A model generated the notes under the pieces. It was not told where the DNA came from, did no database searches, and saw only the letters and a list, made by a program, of their open reading frames with translations. Position numbers and translations under genes: made by a program. This document shows positions 55,347-63,743 of a stretch of DNA of 64,000 bases, piece after piece (position 1 is the stretch's first letter; each line of letters begins with the position of its first letter). Origin of the DNA: Candidatus Omnitrophota bacterium (GTDB lineage Bacteria > Omnitrophota > Gorgyraeia > 2-01-FULL-45-10). Location of the stretch: contig JBAZKM010000006.1 in assembly GCA_041650805.1 (NCBI GenBank), positions 17,837-81,836 of the forward strand, in the 5' to 3' direction.

Positions 55347-56114
55347 ATGCCTATATTAAGAAAGATGTGCGCTGCTATGGCTTTAGCGAGTCTGTTGATT
55401 TGTGCAGAGGTTTATGCAGCGTCTGTTAGTGTTAAAGACGGCAACATTTTTTATATTAATAATGGAAAGAGCATGCAAATCACATCAAGTAATCATGATA
55501 ATAACCCTATGCTACATCCAGATGGCAGGTGGATATACTTCATTCGTGGCTCTGAAGGTAAATGGGTTGGGGAAAAGTTCTATCCACGCGAAGGGGCAGT
55601 AGTTAAAGATGGGTTACTTCATGATGAGCTCTGGCGCGTTAAAACTGATGGTACCGGCGCAATTATGTTGTTTCGCTCAGAGCACGCAGCTATTGACGGT
55701 CCGGATCCAGACTACTCTGTTGCGCATATAAATAGTATGCAGCTTTCACCAGATGGCGATAAGGTATATTTCGAAGCCTCTGAGTGGGTGACATCAGATG
55801 CTTTATATGTAATGAACGCAGACGGTTCAAATGCAAAGATGTTAGGCCCTGGTAATGATACAAAGATAATTTTATCAGCTAGAACATTCGATGATCGAGA
55901 GAGTGACTATAAGGGGTACATTATCACAAATCAACACAGATATTTCCTATACGGTGGTTCTTATGATTGGTATTATTTGTTCACGCCTGACCTAAAAAAA
56001 GAAATAGCGCCTTTGGGAGATGATTTTGATTATTTTACAGAAATGGGTGATATAATATATACAGATCATAGTGAAAAGACCATTCAAAGAAGCGAAAAGA
56101 TAAAGGGCTTATGA
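55347..56114 (+). CDS. Secreted TolB-like beta-propeller (PD40-repeat) protein
   Basis: Signal peptide. Repeated DG(R/D)xxYF / SPDGDKVYF / MNADGSNAKML motifs typical of PD40 repeats. Confidence 0.5.
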   Translation: MPILRKMCAAMALASLLICAEVYAASVSVKDGNIFYINNGKSMQITSSNHDNNPMLHPDGRWIYFIRGSEGKWVGEKFYPREGAVVKDGLLHDELWRVKTDGTGAIMLFRSEHAAIDGPDPDYSVAHINSMQLSPDGDKVYFEASEWVTSDALYVMNADGSNAKMLGPGNDTKIILSARTFDDRESDYKGYIITNQHRYFLYGGSYDWYYLFTPDLKKEIAPLGDDFDYFTEMGDIIYTDHSEKTIQRSEKIKGL

Positions 56115-56584
56115 AAGAATATTGTCACTATCGGATGATTCTTTTAAATAGAAAAATATCATTCCTAGAATACAAAACCAAGGGCGAGGCATTTGCTAAA
56201 ACCGAAACATTTCTACGGCCAGTTACATCCAAAAGCTTACCCAAGATTTATATTATAAAAAATCGCGGTGAAATCATATATATAGGGATTGCGTCACAAA
56301 GCATTGCAAACCGGCTGCGTTATGGGTTTAGTGCTAAGGGGAGAGGTGGATACCACGGATATCGATGGAGGGATTTAGTCGATAAAATTGATCTTCTGGT
56401 GTGGTGTTTTCCAGGCCAATCTATGCATTATGTAGAATCGATTGAAGCAGAAATAGTTTTTGCATTGCGTCGCGATACTGGTAAATGGCCAGCATTTCAG
56501 ACAGAGATCCATTTTCATAATGTGACAGATGAAGAAAAGAAGCTGGCTTCTTCAATTTATAGTGAAGCGTCCAAAACTGCGTAG
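56111..56584 (+). CDS. Hypothetical protein with a GIY-YIG-like motif
   Basis: KIYIIKNRGEIIYIGIASQSIANRLRYGF resembles the GIY...YIG...R core. Weak. Confidence 0.35.
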   Translation: MKEYCHYRMILLNRKISFLEYKTKGEAFAKTETFLRPVTSKSLPKIYIIKNRGEIIYIGIASQSIANRLRYGFSAKGRGGYHGYRWRDLVDKIDLLVWCFPGQSMHYVESIEAEIVFALRRDTGKWPAFQTEIHFHNVTDEEKKLASSIYSEASKTA

Positions 56585-56592
56585 AAAATCTT

Positions 56593-57609
56593 ATGCTAAC
56601 CGACAATATATTCAAGTTGCTAAAGAAAGTAAGCAAAGACGAAGATCAGCTTTCCGCGGCTTTTGGTTTTTTGCTTAAAGAGGATAGTGAGATTCTGCGT
56701 CATTTCTTAAGCAAATTAGGGATTCAGCTTAATAAACAGGAACTAAAAAGAGTTGATATCGAAACGCTAGTTCCATATGTGTTTAAATCAAAAACTAGTA
56801 TTATTGATCTCCAGTTAGAGATACCGGGCAAATATCTTATTTTTCTTGAGTCGAAAATAGTTCCAACCAAGACCGAGAGAATCATAGCTCAAATTAAGCC
56901 TTATAACGATATTCTCAGGCATAAAGAAGATGGGTACGAAGGCGGTACGCACTTAGTATATGTGGCGAAGGATTCGATAGATAAGCGGCAAATAGATAGC
57001 ATACAAAGAAGCTTGTGTAGAAGCGCTAATGAATTTGAATTCTTTTCATGGGAAAATCTGTTAGCGCTAGTGGTGAGTTGTAAAAGAAAAAATAGGCGAC
57101 TAATAGAATTATTTAGTGATTACATAGGAGACGCTATGCATAGTAAAAAAGTTATAAATGAGCAAAAAATCAAAAACATATCAGACGTTCTCGTCGTATT
57201 TACAAATCCCGCATTCTGGCAAATGACTCTCCAAAGAAATATAGTAGTGCAAAGCCGAAGTGGTCCTGATGCTCGCTACATAGCATTCCTTAGAACGCAT
57301 TTACCTCGGGAAAGAAGCGGGATTACACATATAGCCGAAGTTGATTATACAGAATTAAGGCCAAGAAATGAGATGTTTGAAAAGGTAGACAAGGAAACAA
57401 GGTGTCAACTCGAGCAGCATATGAAAGCTCGAGATATCGATCTTGAAGGCCTACACAAAGCTTATATCCTAAAGCCAGGCTCATTAAAAAAGCTGCATCA
57501 TAAAATTGATCATTACGGATCGGGGCCAATGGTTAAGTTTAGCGCAAAGATGGGTGACTTACTATGCGCGAAAACCACCAAAGATATCAAAAAAGGTAAA
57601 AAAGTATAA
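56593..57609 (+). CDS. Hypothetical protein with a PD-(D/E)xK-like nuclease motif
   Basis: SIIDLQLEIPGKYLIFLESKIV fits the D...E-x-K pattern. Confidence 0.35.
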   Translation: MLTDNIFKLLKKVSKDEDQLSAAFGFLLKEDSEILRHFLSKLGIQLNKQELKRVDIETLVPYVFKSKTSIIDLQLEIPGKYLIFLESKIVPTKTERIIAQIKPYNDILRHKEDGYEGGTHLVYVAKDSIDKRQIDSIQRSLCRSANEFEFFSWENLLALVVSCKRKNRRLIELFSDYIGDAMHSKKVINEQKIKNISDVLVVFTNPAFWQMTLQRNIVVQSRSGPDARYIAFLRTHLPRERSGITHIAEVDYTELRPRNEMFEKVDKETRCQLEQHMKARDIDLEGLHKAYILKPGSLKKLHHKIDHYGSGPMVKFSAKMGDLLCAKTTKDIKKGKKV

Positions 57610-57615
57610 ATTCCT

Positions 57616-58695
57616 ATGTCGATGAATAAAATAGCATGTTTCATAGCTATGGCTTTCGACCATCCTGATACAGACAAAATCTACGATAGTATTTTGTTAC
57701 CCATGTTAAAAAGCAAGAATATTGCTGCTCGAAGGATTGATCGCATACAGCATAATGATGATATTACTACTCGAATTATAGAAGAAATTAATTCTGCAGA
57801 CTTTTGTATTGCAGACTTAACATTCGCGCGACCAAGCGTGTATTATGAGGCTGGGTATGCAGAGAGAGGCATACCCGTTATCTATATTATGCGAAAAGAT
57901 CATTTTAAGCATAAGCCGGAGGATGAGCACGGTAATTTTAGAGCGCATTTTGACGTACAGGTAAAGAATATTATACCGTGGGTTAGTTACAATGACGCTG
58001 TCTTTAAAAAGAAGCTCAGGAAAAGAATAGAATACATAATGAGGCCCATTGAGAAGATGCGGAAAGAAATAGCAGTTCTAGATAACGAAAAACTTCATTT
58101 TGCTTCTTTATCGTTATTCGAAAAAGTTCAATATTGTAAGACAGAATTAGAAAGTTATTTTAGGAAATATAAATTTCATAAGTTTCCTAGAGAAAGGGAA
58201 GGGGATAGGCATAGTACTAGAGAAGAGAAAAGAGATGCGCAGTATTTAGTCAAAGGGCAAACTGGTTTTTATTCCGATAATCTGGTTTTTTGGAAACCAT
58301 CCAAAAGTATTCTTCGCAATATTGGGTCTCACTATACCTACTGGTTTGGTGTAGGGAGTATTTATAAAACAATCCTAGAGAAATGCAGGAAGAATATCAC
58401 TGGTCTCATATATTTTAGTGTAATAGTTTCTCCTAACAAGGTTTTAGCTAGTAGTATCGCAGAAGCCCTGAGTGGATATAGAAATGCAGCCTATAAAGAT
58501 CTAAAGTACTTTTTTGTTGATGTTCGTAAAGAGCCGATCGAAATATCGAAAAATAAGACAGTCAAACTGAAAATAACCTCTCTATTCATTGTAATAGATA
58601 ATGTTCAGTCCAAGCGAGATTTATCGCTAAAATATAACCAAATATTTGATTTTGTTGTTGATCAATCCGATAGGCTATTATCGAGAAGGTATTAG
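57616..58695 (+). CDS. Nucleoside 2-deoxyribosyltransferase-like / TIR-like (SLOG-type) domain protein with unknown C-terminal domain
   Basis: N-terminal CFIAMAFDHP...ADFCIADLTFARPSVYYEAGYAERGIPVIYI matches the PF05014-like pattern (DLS...NV.fElGyA...KPvi). Confidence 0.4.
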   Translation: MSMNKIACFIAMAFDHPDTDKIYDSILLPMLKSKNIAARRIDRIQHNDDITTRIIEEINSADFCIADLTFARPSVYYEAGYAERGIPVIYIMRKDHFKHKPEDEHGNFRAHFDVQVKNIIPWVSYNDAVFKKKLRKRIEYIMRPIEKMRKEIAVLDNEKLHFASLSLFEKVQYCKTELESYFRKYKFHKFPREREGDRHSTREEKRDAQYLVKGQTGFYSDNLVFWKPSKSILRNIGSHYTYWFGVGSIYKTILEKCRKNITGLIYFSVIVSPNKVLASSIAEALSGYRNAAYKDLKYFFVDVRKEPIEISKNKTVKLKITSLFIVIDNVQSKRDLSLKYNQIFDFVVDQSDRLLSRRY

Positions 58696-58919
58696 TATGT
58701 TGAAATGTCCACCTATTTGAAGAGGACATTAGCTATCAATTTGTATCTAAAAGAGTTGCATCATTCCTGGACAAAAAAGACAGGACAAATCGGACATTTT
58801 TCATAGGGACCATACTATGAGAATAGCGGAATTTCATTGATAACAAGGGTATTTCGGCTATAATAGATACTTGAGGATTTACATAGGTCTGTCCCCAGGT
58901 GAGAAGGGGAGCGACCCCA

Positions 58920-59067
58920 TCCGCCTTCGCATTCAAGGCGTAAAGTGACAGAATGCTTCGGCGGATTTTATCCGCCATAGCCATCATGCTATAATATGCT
59001 GAAGGCGACGGCGGATGAGCCCGCCGAAGCATTCTGTTGCGCTCCGTTGAATGCGAAGGCGGGCCAC
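58920..59067 (+). repeat. Copy C of the ~148-nt MITE-like structured repeat
   Basis: Near-identical to 31839-31986 with about 6 substitutions. Same terminal inverted repeats. Confidence 0.8.
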
Positions 59068-59070
59068 TAA

Positions 59071-59141
59071 ACTTCGTCGGATTGACTAATAATCTCGATC
59101 GACGCATCGAAGAACACGACAAAACCTCGAGCGCACATTAA
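59071..59141 (+). pseudogene. 5'-truncated remnant of a GIY-YIG gene (homologue of 31997-32242)
   Basis: Translates to FVGLTNNLDRRIEEHDKTSSAH*, matching YVGMTNNLNRRLKEHDEAAS of the intact copy. The first ~25 codons and the start codon are absent. Confidence 0.6.
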
Positions 59142-59212
59142 CTCATGCGAGTGGGACCCCAATTTTAAGAACCCGTTTAATTCAACCGGATAATTAAGAA
59201 GGGAGGGTTGTT

Positions 59213-59716
59213 ATGCAGGCAACGTTAGATAAGGTATATGGCTATATAATACAGTATGGCTTAAGCTTATTAGCGGCCATATTGATCTTTGTGATCGGTA
59301 AATGGGTCGCTAAAATTGTCGCCGGCCTTATCGAGAAAACGATGCAGAAATCAAAGGTGGAAACTACCCTCGCCTCGTTTGCAAAAAATATGATTTACTA
59401 TGCAATACTGATATTTGTGATAATTGCCGCTCTCGGCAAGCTCGGTATACAGACTAGTTCCTTTGTCGCAATTATCGGCGCGGCAGGCTTGGCTGTAGGT
59501 TTGGCGCTTCAGGGATCACTTGCGAATTTTGCGGCGGGAGTTATGATCATCATGTTTGAACCATTTAAAGCGGGCGATGCTATAGAAGCAGGAGGGGCAA
59601 GTGGTACGGTCAAGGAGATTCAGATATTCAGCACGATCCTGACAGCCGAAGATAAGAAGATCATCGTGCCGAATTCCAAAATTACCGGCGATAAGATAGT
59701 AGTACACAAAAAATAA
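59213..59716 (+). CDS. Small MscS-family mechanosensitive channel-like protein
   Basis: TM3-like GAAGLAVGLALQGSLANFAAGVMII, followed by the beginning of the beta domain. 167 aa, shorter than canonical MscS. Confidence 0.5.
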   Translation: MQATLDKVYGYIIQYGLSLLAAILIFVIGKWVAKIVAGLIEKTMQKSKVETTLASFAKNMIYYAILIFVIIAALGKLGIQTSSFVAIIGAAGLAVGLALQGSLANFAAGVMIIMFEPFKAGDAIEAGGASGTVKEIQIFSTILTAEDKKIIVPNSKITGDKIVVHKK

Positions 59717-59742
59717 AATTCGGTAACAGAAAGGAGGCAACC

Positions 59743-60066
59743 ATGATGAAAAGGATAGCCGTATGGATCATAGCAGTTATGTTTTTTGCCGGCACGACGC
59801 CGATATTTGCTGCAGATGAAAGCAAAGGCGGCCCCGATCCCAACAAAGAAGCATATGAACACGCCAGTGAAAAAGCAAGATTTAAGAGAACTGAAGATTT
59901 GAAGGATAAAGATGCTATAAAAGCCGCAAAGAAAGCAGAGAAGGAAGCGGAAAGAGCCAAGAGGGAAGCCGAGAAGGCAAAAAGAAAGGCCGAGAAAGAA
60001 GCGAAGAAAAAACAAAAAGAGATGGAAAGAAAAGCTAAGAAGACGAAGAAAGAATTTGGTAAATAA
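59743..60066 (+). CDS. Secreted Lys/Glu/Ala-rich low-complexity protein
   Basis: Signal peptide. KAEKEAERAKREAEKAKRKAEKEAKKK charged repeats. Confidence 0.4.
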   Translation: MMKRIAVWIIAVMFFAGTTPIFAADESKGGPDPNKEAYEHASEKARFKRTEDLKDKDAIKAAKKAEKEAERAKREAEKAKRKAEKEAKKKQKEMERKAKKTKKEFGK

Positions 60067-60215
60067 AATTTTCATGGAGGGCATCAGGAAGCGCGCGCAT
60101 TGCTCGAGAAGGCAAAGAACGCATTAGCTGCGCAGGCGAAAGCTAAGATGGAAGATGTGAAGAAACAGCTCGGCAGTTTTGGTAAGTAACATCCGAAATC
60201 GAAGAGGAGGTAGCT

Positions 60216-60383
60216 ATGGGGGCATTGATAGGGCTTGTTGTATTGGTATTGGATATTATTGCTATCGTTGATGTCGCGAAGAGCTCCGTAGATACAGGGA
60301 AAAAAGCGTTATGGATCATATTGGTGCTCGTATTGCCTGTTATAGGCATGGTCCTCTACTTCCTGATCGGAAAGAAGAAATAG
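60216..60383 (+). CDS. Small membrane protein with a PLD-nuclease N-terminal (PLDc_N/YxlE-like) domain, 55 aa
   Basis: GAGGAGG RBS. MGALIGLVVLVLDIIAIVDVAKSS...KKALWIILVLVLPVIGMVLYFLIGKKK matches the PLDc_N pattern. Below the ORF-track size cutoff. Confidence 0.5.
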   Translation: MGALIGLVVLVLDIIAIVDVAKSSVDTGKKALWIILVLVLPVIGMVLYFLIGKKK

Positions 60384-60485
60384 TTTAGGATCGTTTTAGT
60401 AGAATGGCAAAATGTCCGCCTATATATCCAAAATTTTTTGCTGCTTGAAATAAAAATGATTTCGTGATTTAATAGGAACGTTGTT

Positions 60486-60690
60486 ATGTGGGGAGGTCGT
60501 AAAGCGGCCTGAGAGTTCCGCACGCGCTCTTCAAGCGCAGAGCGGATTACCCGATGAACCTGATTCTGCTATGCCCGTCACCGGTTAGGCGGTGGTAGGG
60601 CTTCGCAGGAATCATTACTACGAAGCTCAAAGCCGGATGGCTTTGAGCGAAGTAGAATGATCTGGATAATACCAGCGGAGGGAGAGGGGG
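60486..60690 (+). ncRNA. TPP (THI-box) riboswitch with a ~95-nt insertion, upstream of thi4
   Basis: Contains GGGGAGG...CUGAGA (J3-2), ACCCGAUGAACCUGAU and AUCUGGAUAAUACCAGCGGAGGGA. A long internal hairpin interrupts the P4/P5 region. Confidence 0.6.
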
Positions 60691-60779
60691 CATGAGAACT
60701 GATAACCTTTATGCGATCGGCATAAGGGTTTTTTATTTTTCCGCAGCTATTCTCCGGATCTACTGAAATAGGGGGGGAT

Positions 60780-61550
60780 ATGTTTAAGAAGATAACGGAG
60801 TCTCAGGTAAGCAGGGCTATCGTAGGTGAGTTTACCAAGTGGTTTAATGAGTATATCGTTTCTGACGTTATGGTGGTAGGTGGCGGCCCCAGCGGCCTTA
60901 TCGCAGCGCGCGATTTAGCTAATGCAGGCCTCAAAACGCTTATCATAGAAAGTAACAACTATATAGGAGGCGGCTTCTGGATCGGTGGTTATTTTATGAA
61001 TACCCTGACCTTCAGGGCTCCGTCAGACACTATCCTTGATGAATTAAAGATAACTTATAAAGAGGTAGAGGACGGCTTATTCGTTGCGGATGGTCCTACC
61101 GCTTGCTCAAAGCTTATCTCCGCGACTTGCGATTCAGGCGCTAAAATACTGAACCTGACCAAGTTTGACGATGTTGTCCATCGCAATAACAGGGTTGAGG
61201 GTGCGGTCATTAACTGGTCGCCGGTCTCAGCCCTGCCAAGGCAGATCACCTGCGTAGATCCTATCGCCTTGGAGTCAAAGGTTGTGATTGATGCCACAGG
61301 CCACGATGCCTGGGTAGCCAAGAGCCTTGAGAAGAGAGGGCTCTTAAAGATCCAGACATACGGGCCTATGGATGTGTGTACATCGGAAGATCTCGTGGTC
61401 GAAAAGACAGGCGAAGTATATCCGGGCTTATATGTCATGGGTATGGCCGCGGCCACCGTTTATGGCATACCCCGCATGGGTCCCACGTTTGGAGGGATGC
61501 TCTTCTCCGGCAGGAAGGCGGCAGGAGAGATAATAAAAAGATTGACCTAA
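60780..61550 (+). CDS. thi4: Thiazole synthase, Thi4 family
   Basis: FAD-binding VVVGGGPSGL. Thi4 motifs (catalytic Cys region MDVCTSEDLVVEKTGEVYPGLYVMGMAA). Downstream of the TPP riboswitch. Confidence 0.8.
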   Translation: MFKKITESQVSRAIVGEFTKWFNEYIVSDVMVVGGGPSGLIAARDLANAGLKTLIIESNNYIGGGFWIGGYFMNTLTFRAPSDTILDELKITYKEVEDGLFVADGPTACSKLISATCDSGAKILNLTKFDDVVHRNNRVEGAVINWSPVSALPRQITCVDPIALESKVVIDATGHDAWVAKSLEKRGLLKIQTYGPMDVCTSEDLVVEKTGEVYPGLYVMGMAAATVYGIPRMGPTFGGMLFSGRKAAGEIIKRLT

Positions 61551-61578
61551 TCCCGAACAAAATATTTTAAATAAAGAG

Positions 61579-61624
61579 TTGACATATCTCAAAAATGGTG
61601 TATACTCTACTATGTTAGTAGAGA
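61579..61624 (+). promoter_or_regulatory. Candidate sigma70 promoter with an overlapping palindromic operator upstream of the Rrf2 regulator
   Basis: TTGACA (61579-84), 16-nt spacer, TATACT (61601-06). Perfect palindrome CTCTACTA-tgt-TAGTAGAG at 61605-61623, overlapping the -10 and +1. Confidence 0.5.
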
Positions 61625-61645
61625 TAGTAGATATGGGAGGTTACT

Positions 61646-62086
61646 ATGCGAGTAACATATAGAGGAGATTATGCCCTTAAGGCAGTTCTCGATTTGGCCC
61701 TGAACTATGGCAAAGATGTAGTGACGATCCATGAGTTGGCCAAACACATAGACGCGCCTATCAAGTTCCTGGAACAGGTCCTGCTGGATCTGAAGAAGGG
61801 CGGTTTTGTGGAGTCCAGGCGCGGCAGTGTAGGCGGCTATTTATTATCCAGGCCGCCCGGTAAGATAACGGTGGGAGAGGTGATAAGATTTATCGATGGT
61901 CCCATAGAGCCCGTTTCATGCGCAAGACAGGGATATTCCAACTGTGGCGATATGCATAAATGTGCGTTTAGAAAGGTGTGGCAGGATGTCACTAAGGCGA
62001 CTTCAGATATTATCGACAACGTGACTTTTGAAGCCCTGGCTTTCGAGGTCAGTATGGCCCAACAAATACCGGCTTATTCTATTTAG
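61646..62086 (+). CDS. Rrf2-family transcriptional regulator (IscR/CymR-like, with Cys ligands)
   Basis: Rrf2 HTH (MRVTYRGDYALKAVLDLA...TIHELAK). Cys residues (C92, C101, C107) suggest an Fe-S cluster. Confidence 0.8.
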   Translation: MRVTYRGDYALKAVLDLALNYGKDVVTIHELAKHIDAPIKFLEQVLLDLKKGGFVESRRGSVGGYLLSRPPGKITVGEVIRFIDGPIEPVSCARQGYSNCGDMHKCAFRKVWQDVTKATSDIIDNVTFEALAFEVSMAQQIPAYSI

Positions 62087-62207
62087 AGGAACAGCGAGAT
62101 GACAGTTTATTCTTACAGTATGATGATGTGTAGTATGGACATGCGATGCCCTCGCGGCGCGGAGGGACATTTTATGCGATAGAGTGTATTATCACATAGG
62201 AATGATC

Positions 62208-62250
62208 AACCCGCTGCTTGAGGGCAAATTGTAAAGCAGCGGGTTTTTTG
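62208..62250 (+). terminator. Rho-independent terminator
   Basis: AACCCGCTGCTT-gagggcaaattgta-AAGCAGCGGGTT 12-bp stem, then TTTTT. Confidence 0.7.
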
Positions 62251-62301
62251 TTGAAAATAAATGATATAGATTGTGAGCAGTAGAAATGAGGAGGGCTTTT
62301 C

Positions 62302-62526
62302 GTGATTTTTGATAAGCATTGGCGCAGCATAGCTAAAGCCGCATCCTGGAGGTTGACCGGTACAATCGATACAATAGTTGTATCGTGGATTATTACAGGT
62401 CATTTCAAGATGGCGCTTTCGATCGGGTTCGTCGAAGTTTTTACGAAGATAACCTTGTATTATCTCCATGAGCGGTTCTGGAACAGGGTGAAGGCTGGAC
62501 GTGTCGTTGCCGACTATCAAATATAA
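62302..62526 (+). CDS. DUF2061 small membrane protein
   Basis: SWRLTGTIDT...GFVEVFTKITLYYLHERFW matches the DUF2061 signature. This family is frequently linked to sulfate-assimilation genes. Confidence 0.55.
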   Translation: MIFDKHWRSIAKAASWRLTGTIDTIVVSWIITGHFKMALSIGFVEVFTKITLYYLHERFWNRVKAGRVVADYQI

Positions 62527-62539
62527 AAAGGAGGATAAG

Positions 62540-63250
62540 ATGAGTATTTTGGACAATAAATATGATTTGAAGCATCTGGTGGAAACATTGAACTTCAAAG
62601 AAAAGGTGGAAAGATCAAAGCAGTTGATAAAGGAAGCCTATGCGCGTTATGGCGATGGGCTCGTGGTAGCGAATTCGCTAGGAAAGGATTCCGTCGCCGT
62701 ATGGGACCTTGCAAAACGGGTGAATACAAAAATACGAGGGTTTATTGTCACAACAAGGTTTAAGCCTAAAGAAACAGTGCGGTTCATGGATGAGATCGTA
62801 AAAAAATACCCTGAGACGAAGGTGTATAAGAACGATCTTCCGATTGCGGATAAGCTCTACGAAACCGATCCGGACAGGTGTTGCGATATATTGAAAGTAG
62901 AACCGGTAAAACGCGCAATAGAGGAGATGGGTGTCAATTGTTGGGTTACGGGCCTTCGTTGCACCGAGGGAAGGACGCGCACCGATTTCCAGGAGGTAGA
63001 GGAGAGAGATAAGGGGTTGATAAAGCTCAATCCGATACTGATCTGGAAAGAACGGGAGGTCTGGCAGTATCTGGCTCTCTACAGGGTGCCCGTTAATCAG
63101 CTTTACGCGGAAGGCTACCGGTCACTCGGCTGCTCTCCGTGTACCAAGATCACGAACGACGACAACGAGCGCGCCGGCCGCTGGATAGGTACATCGAAGT
63201 GCGGTGGCGAGTGCGGTATACATACTAGACCTTTGAAATCAAGGAAATGA
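62540..63250 (+). CDS. cysH: Phosphoadenosine phosphosulfate (PAPS/APS) reductase family protein
   Basis: PP-loop-like VVANSLGKDSVAVWDL. C-terminal Cys pairs (CS..C; CGGEC). AAGGAGG RBS before ATG 62540. Confidence 0.7.
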   Translation: MSILDNKYDLKHLVETLNFKEKVERSKQLIKEAYARYGDGLVVANSLGKDSVAVWDLAKRVNTKIRGFIVTTRFKPKETVRFMDEIVKKYPETKVYKNDLPIADKLYETDPDRCCDILKVEPVKRAIEEMGVNCWVTGLRCTEGRTRTDFQEVEERDKGLIKLNPILIWKEREVWQYLALYRVPVNQLYAEGYRSLGCSPCTKITNDDNERAGRWIGTSKCGGECGIHTRPLKSRK

Positions 63251-63254
63251 TTGA

Positions 63255-63743
63255 ATGAAATGCTATCCGATAGCGGTAAAGATAAACGATAAGAAAGCTA
63301 TAGTGGCCGGAGGAGGAAAGATCGCGACACGCAAAGCCTTGTCACTGATAAGTGCCGGCGCTTGCGTTACGGTAATCGCGCCCGAAACAACGGAAAGACT
63401 GCGCGGTCTGGTAAAAATGGGCCGTATCAAATGGGTAAGACGGCTGGTCAAGAGACAGGACGTGAAAAGTGCGTATATGGTGATAGCGGCCACGTCGGAC
63501 AAACTTGTTAACAGAGAAGTGAGCGCATGGGCGCGCGAAGAAAGAATGCTGGTAAATGCAGTGGACGATCCGAAGTGGAGCAATTTCGTATCACCGGCCG
63601 TGTTAAAGAAAAAGAGAGCGATAGTAGCTGTTTATACTGATGGGAGGGATCCGGTATTGAGCCGGGATCTCAAAAATTTTCTGAAGGAGCACTGGGATGT
63701 ATTTCTATCTTATAGGAATAGACCACAAAATAGCGCCCATTGA
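63255..63743 (+). CDS. Precorrin-2 dehydrogenase / sirohydrochlorin ferrochelatase (SirC/Met8/CysG N-terminal domain-like)
   Basis: Rossmann GGGKIATRK motif. Size and context (siroheme synthesis next to sulfite-reduction genes and hemA). Confidence 0.6.
   Translation: MKCYPIAVKINDKKAIVAGGGKIATRKALSLISAGACVTVIAPETTERLRGLVKMGRIKWVRRLVKRQDVKSAYMVIAATSDKLVNREVSAWAREERMLVNAVDDPKWSNFVSPAVLKKKRAIVAVYTDGRDPVLSRDLKNFLKEHWDVFLSYRNRPQNSAH

Larger units (their letters stand above)
33585..58919. mobile_element. AT-rich ~25-kb genomic island. It contains serine recombinase, excisionase, defence genes and prophage remnants. It lies between tRNA-His and a distal copy of the MITE-like repeat.
   Basis: Base composition shifts abruptly from GC-rich flanks to AT-rich. 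Gene content is a recombinase/excisionase module, an RM cluster, terminase and ParB-methyltransferase. Borders are tRNA-His on the left and repeat copy C plus a GIY-YIG remnant on the right. Confidence 0.65.

Noticed and set aside
60090-60190. Short Lys/Ala-rich ORF fragment (…ALLEKAKNALAAQAKAKMEDVKKQLGSFGK) downstream of the K/E-rich protein
   Set aside because: No in-frame ATG with an RBS before the peptide. Possibly a decayed duplicate of the preceding low-complexity gene. Too weak to call.
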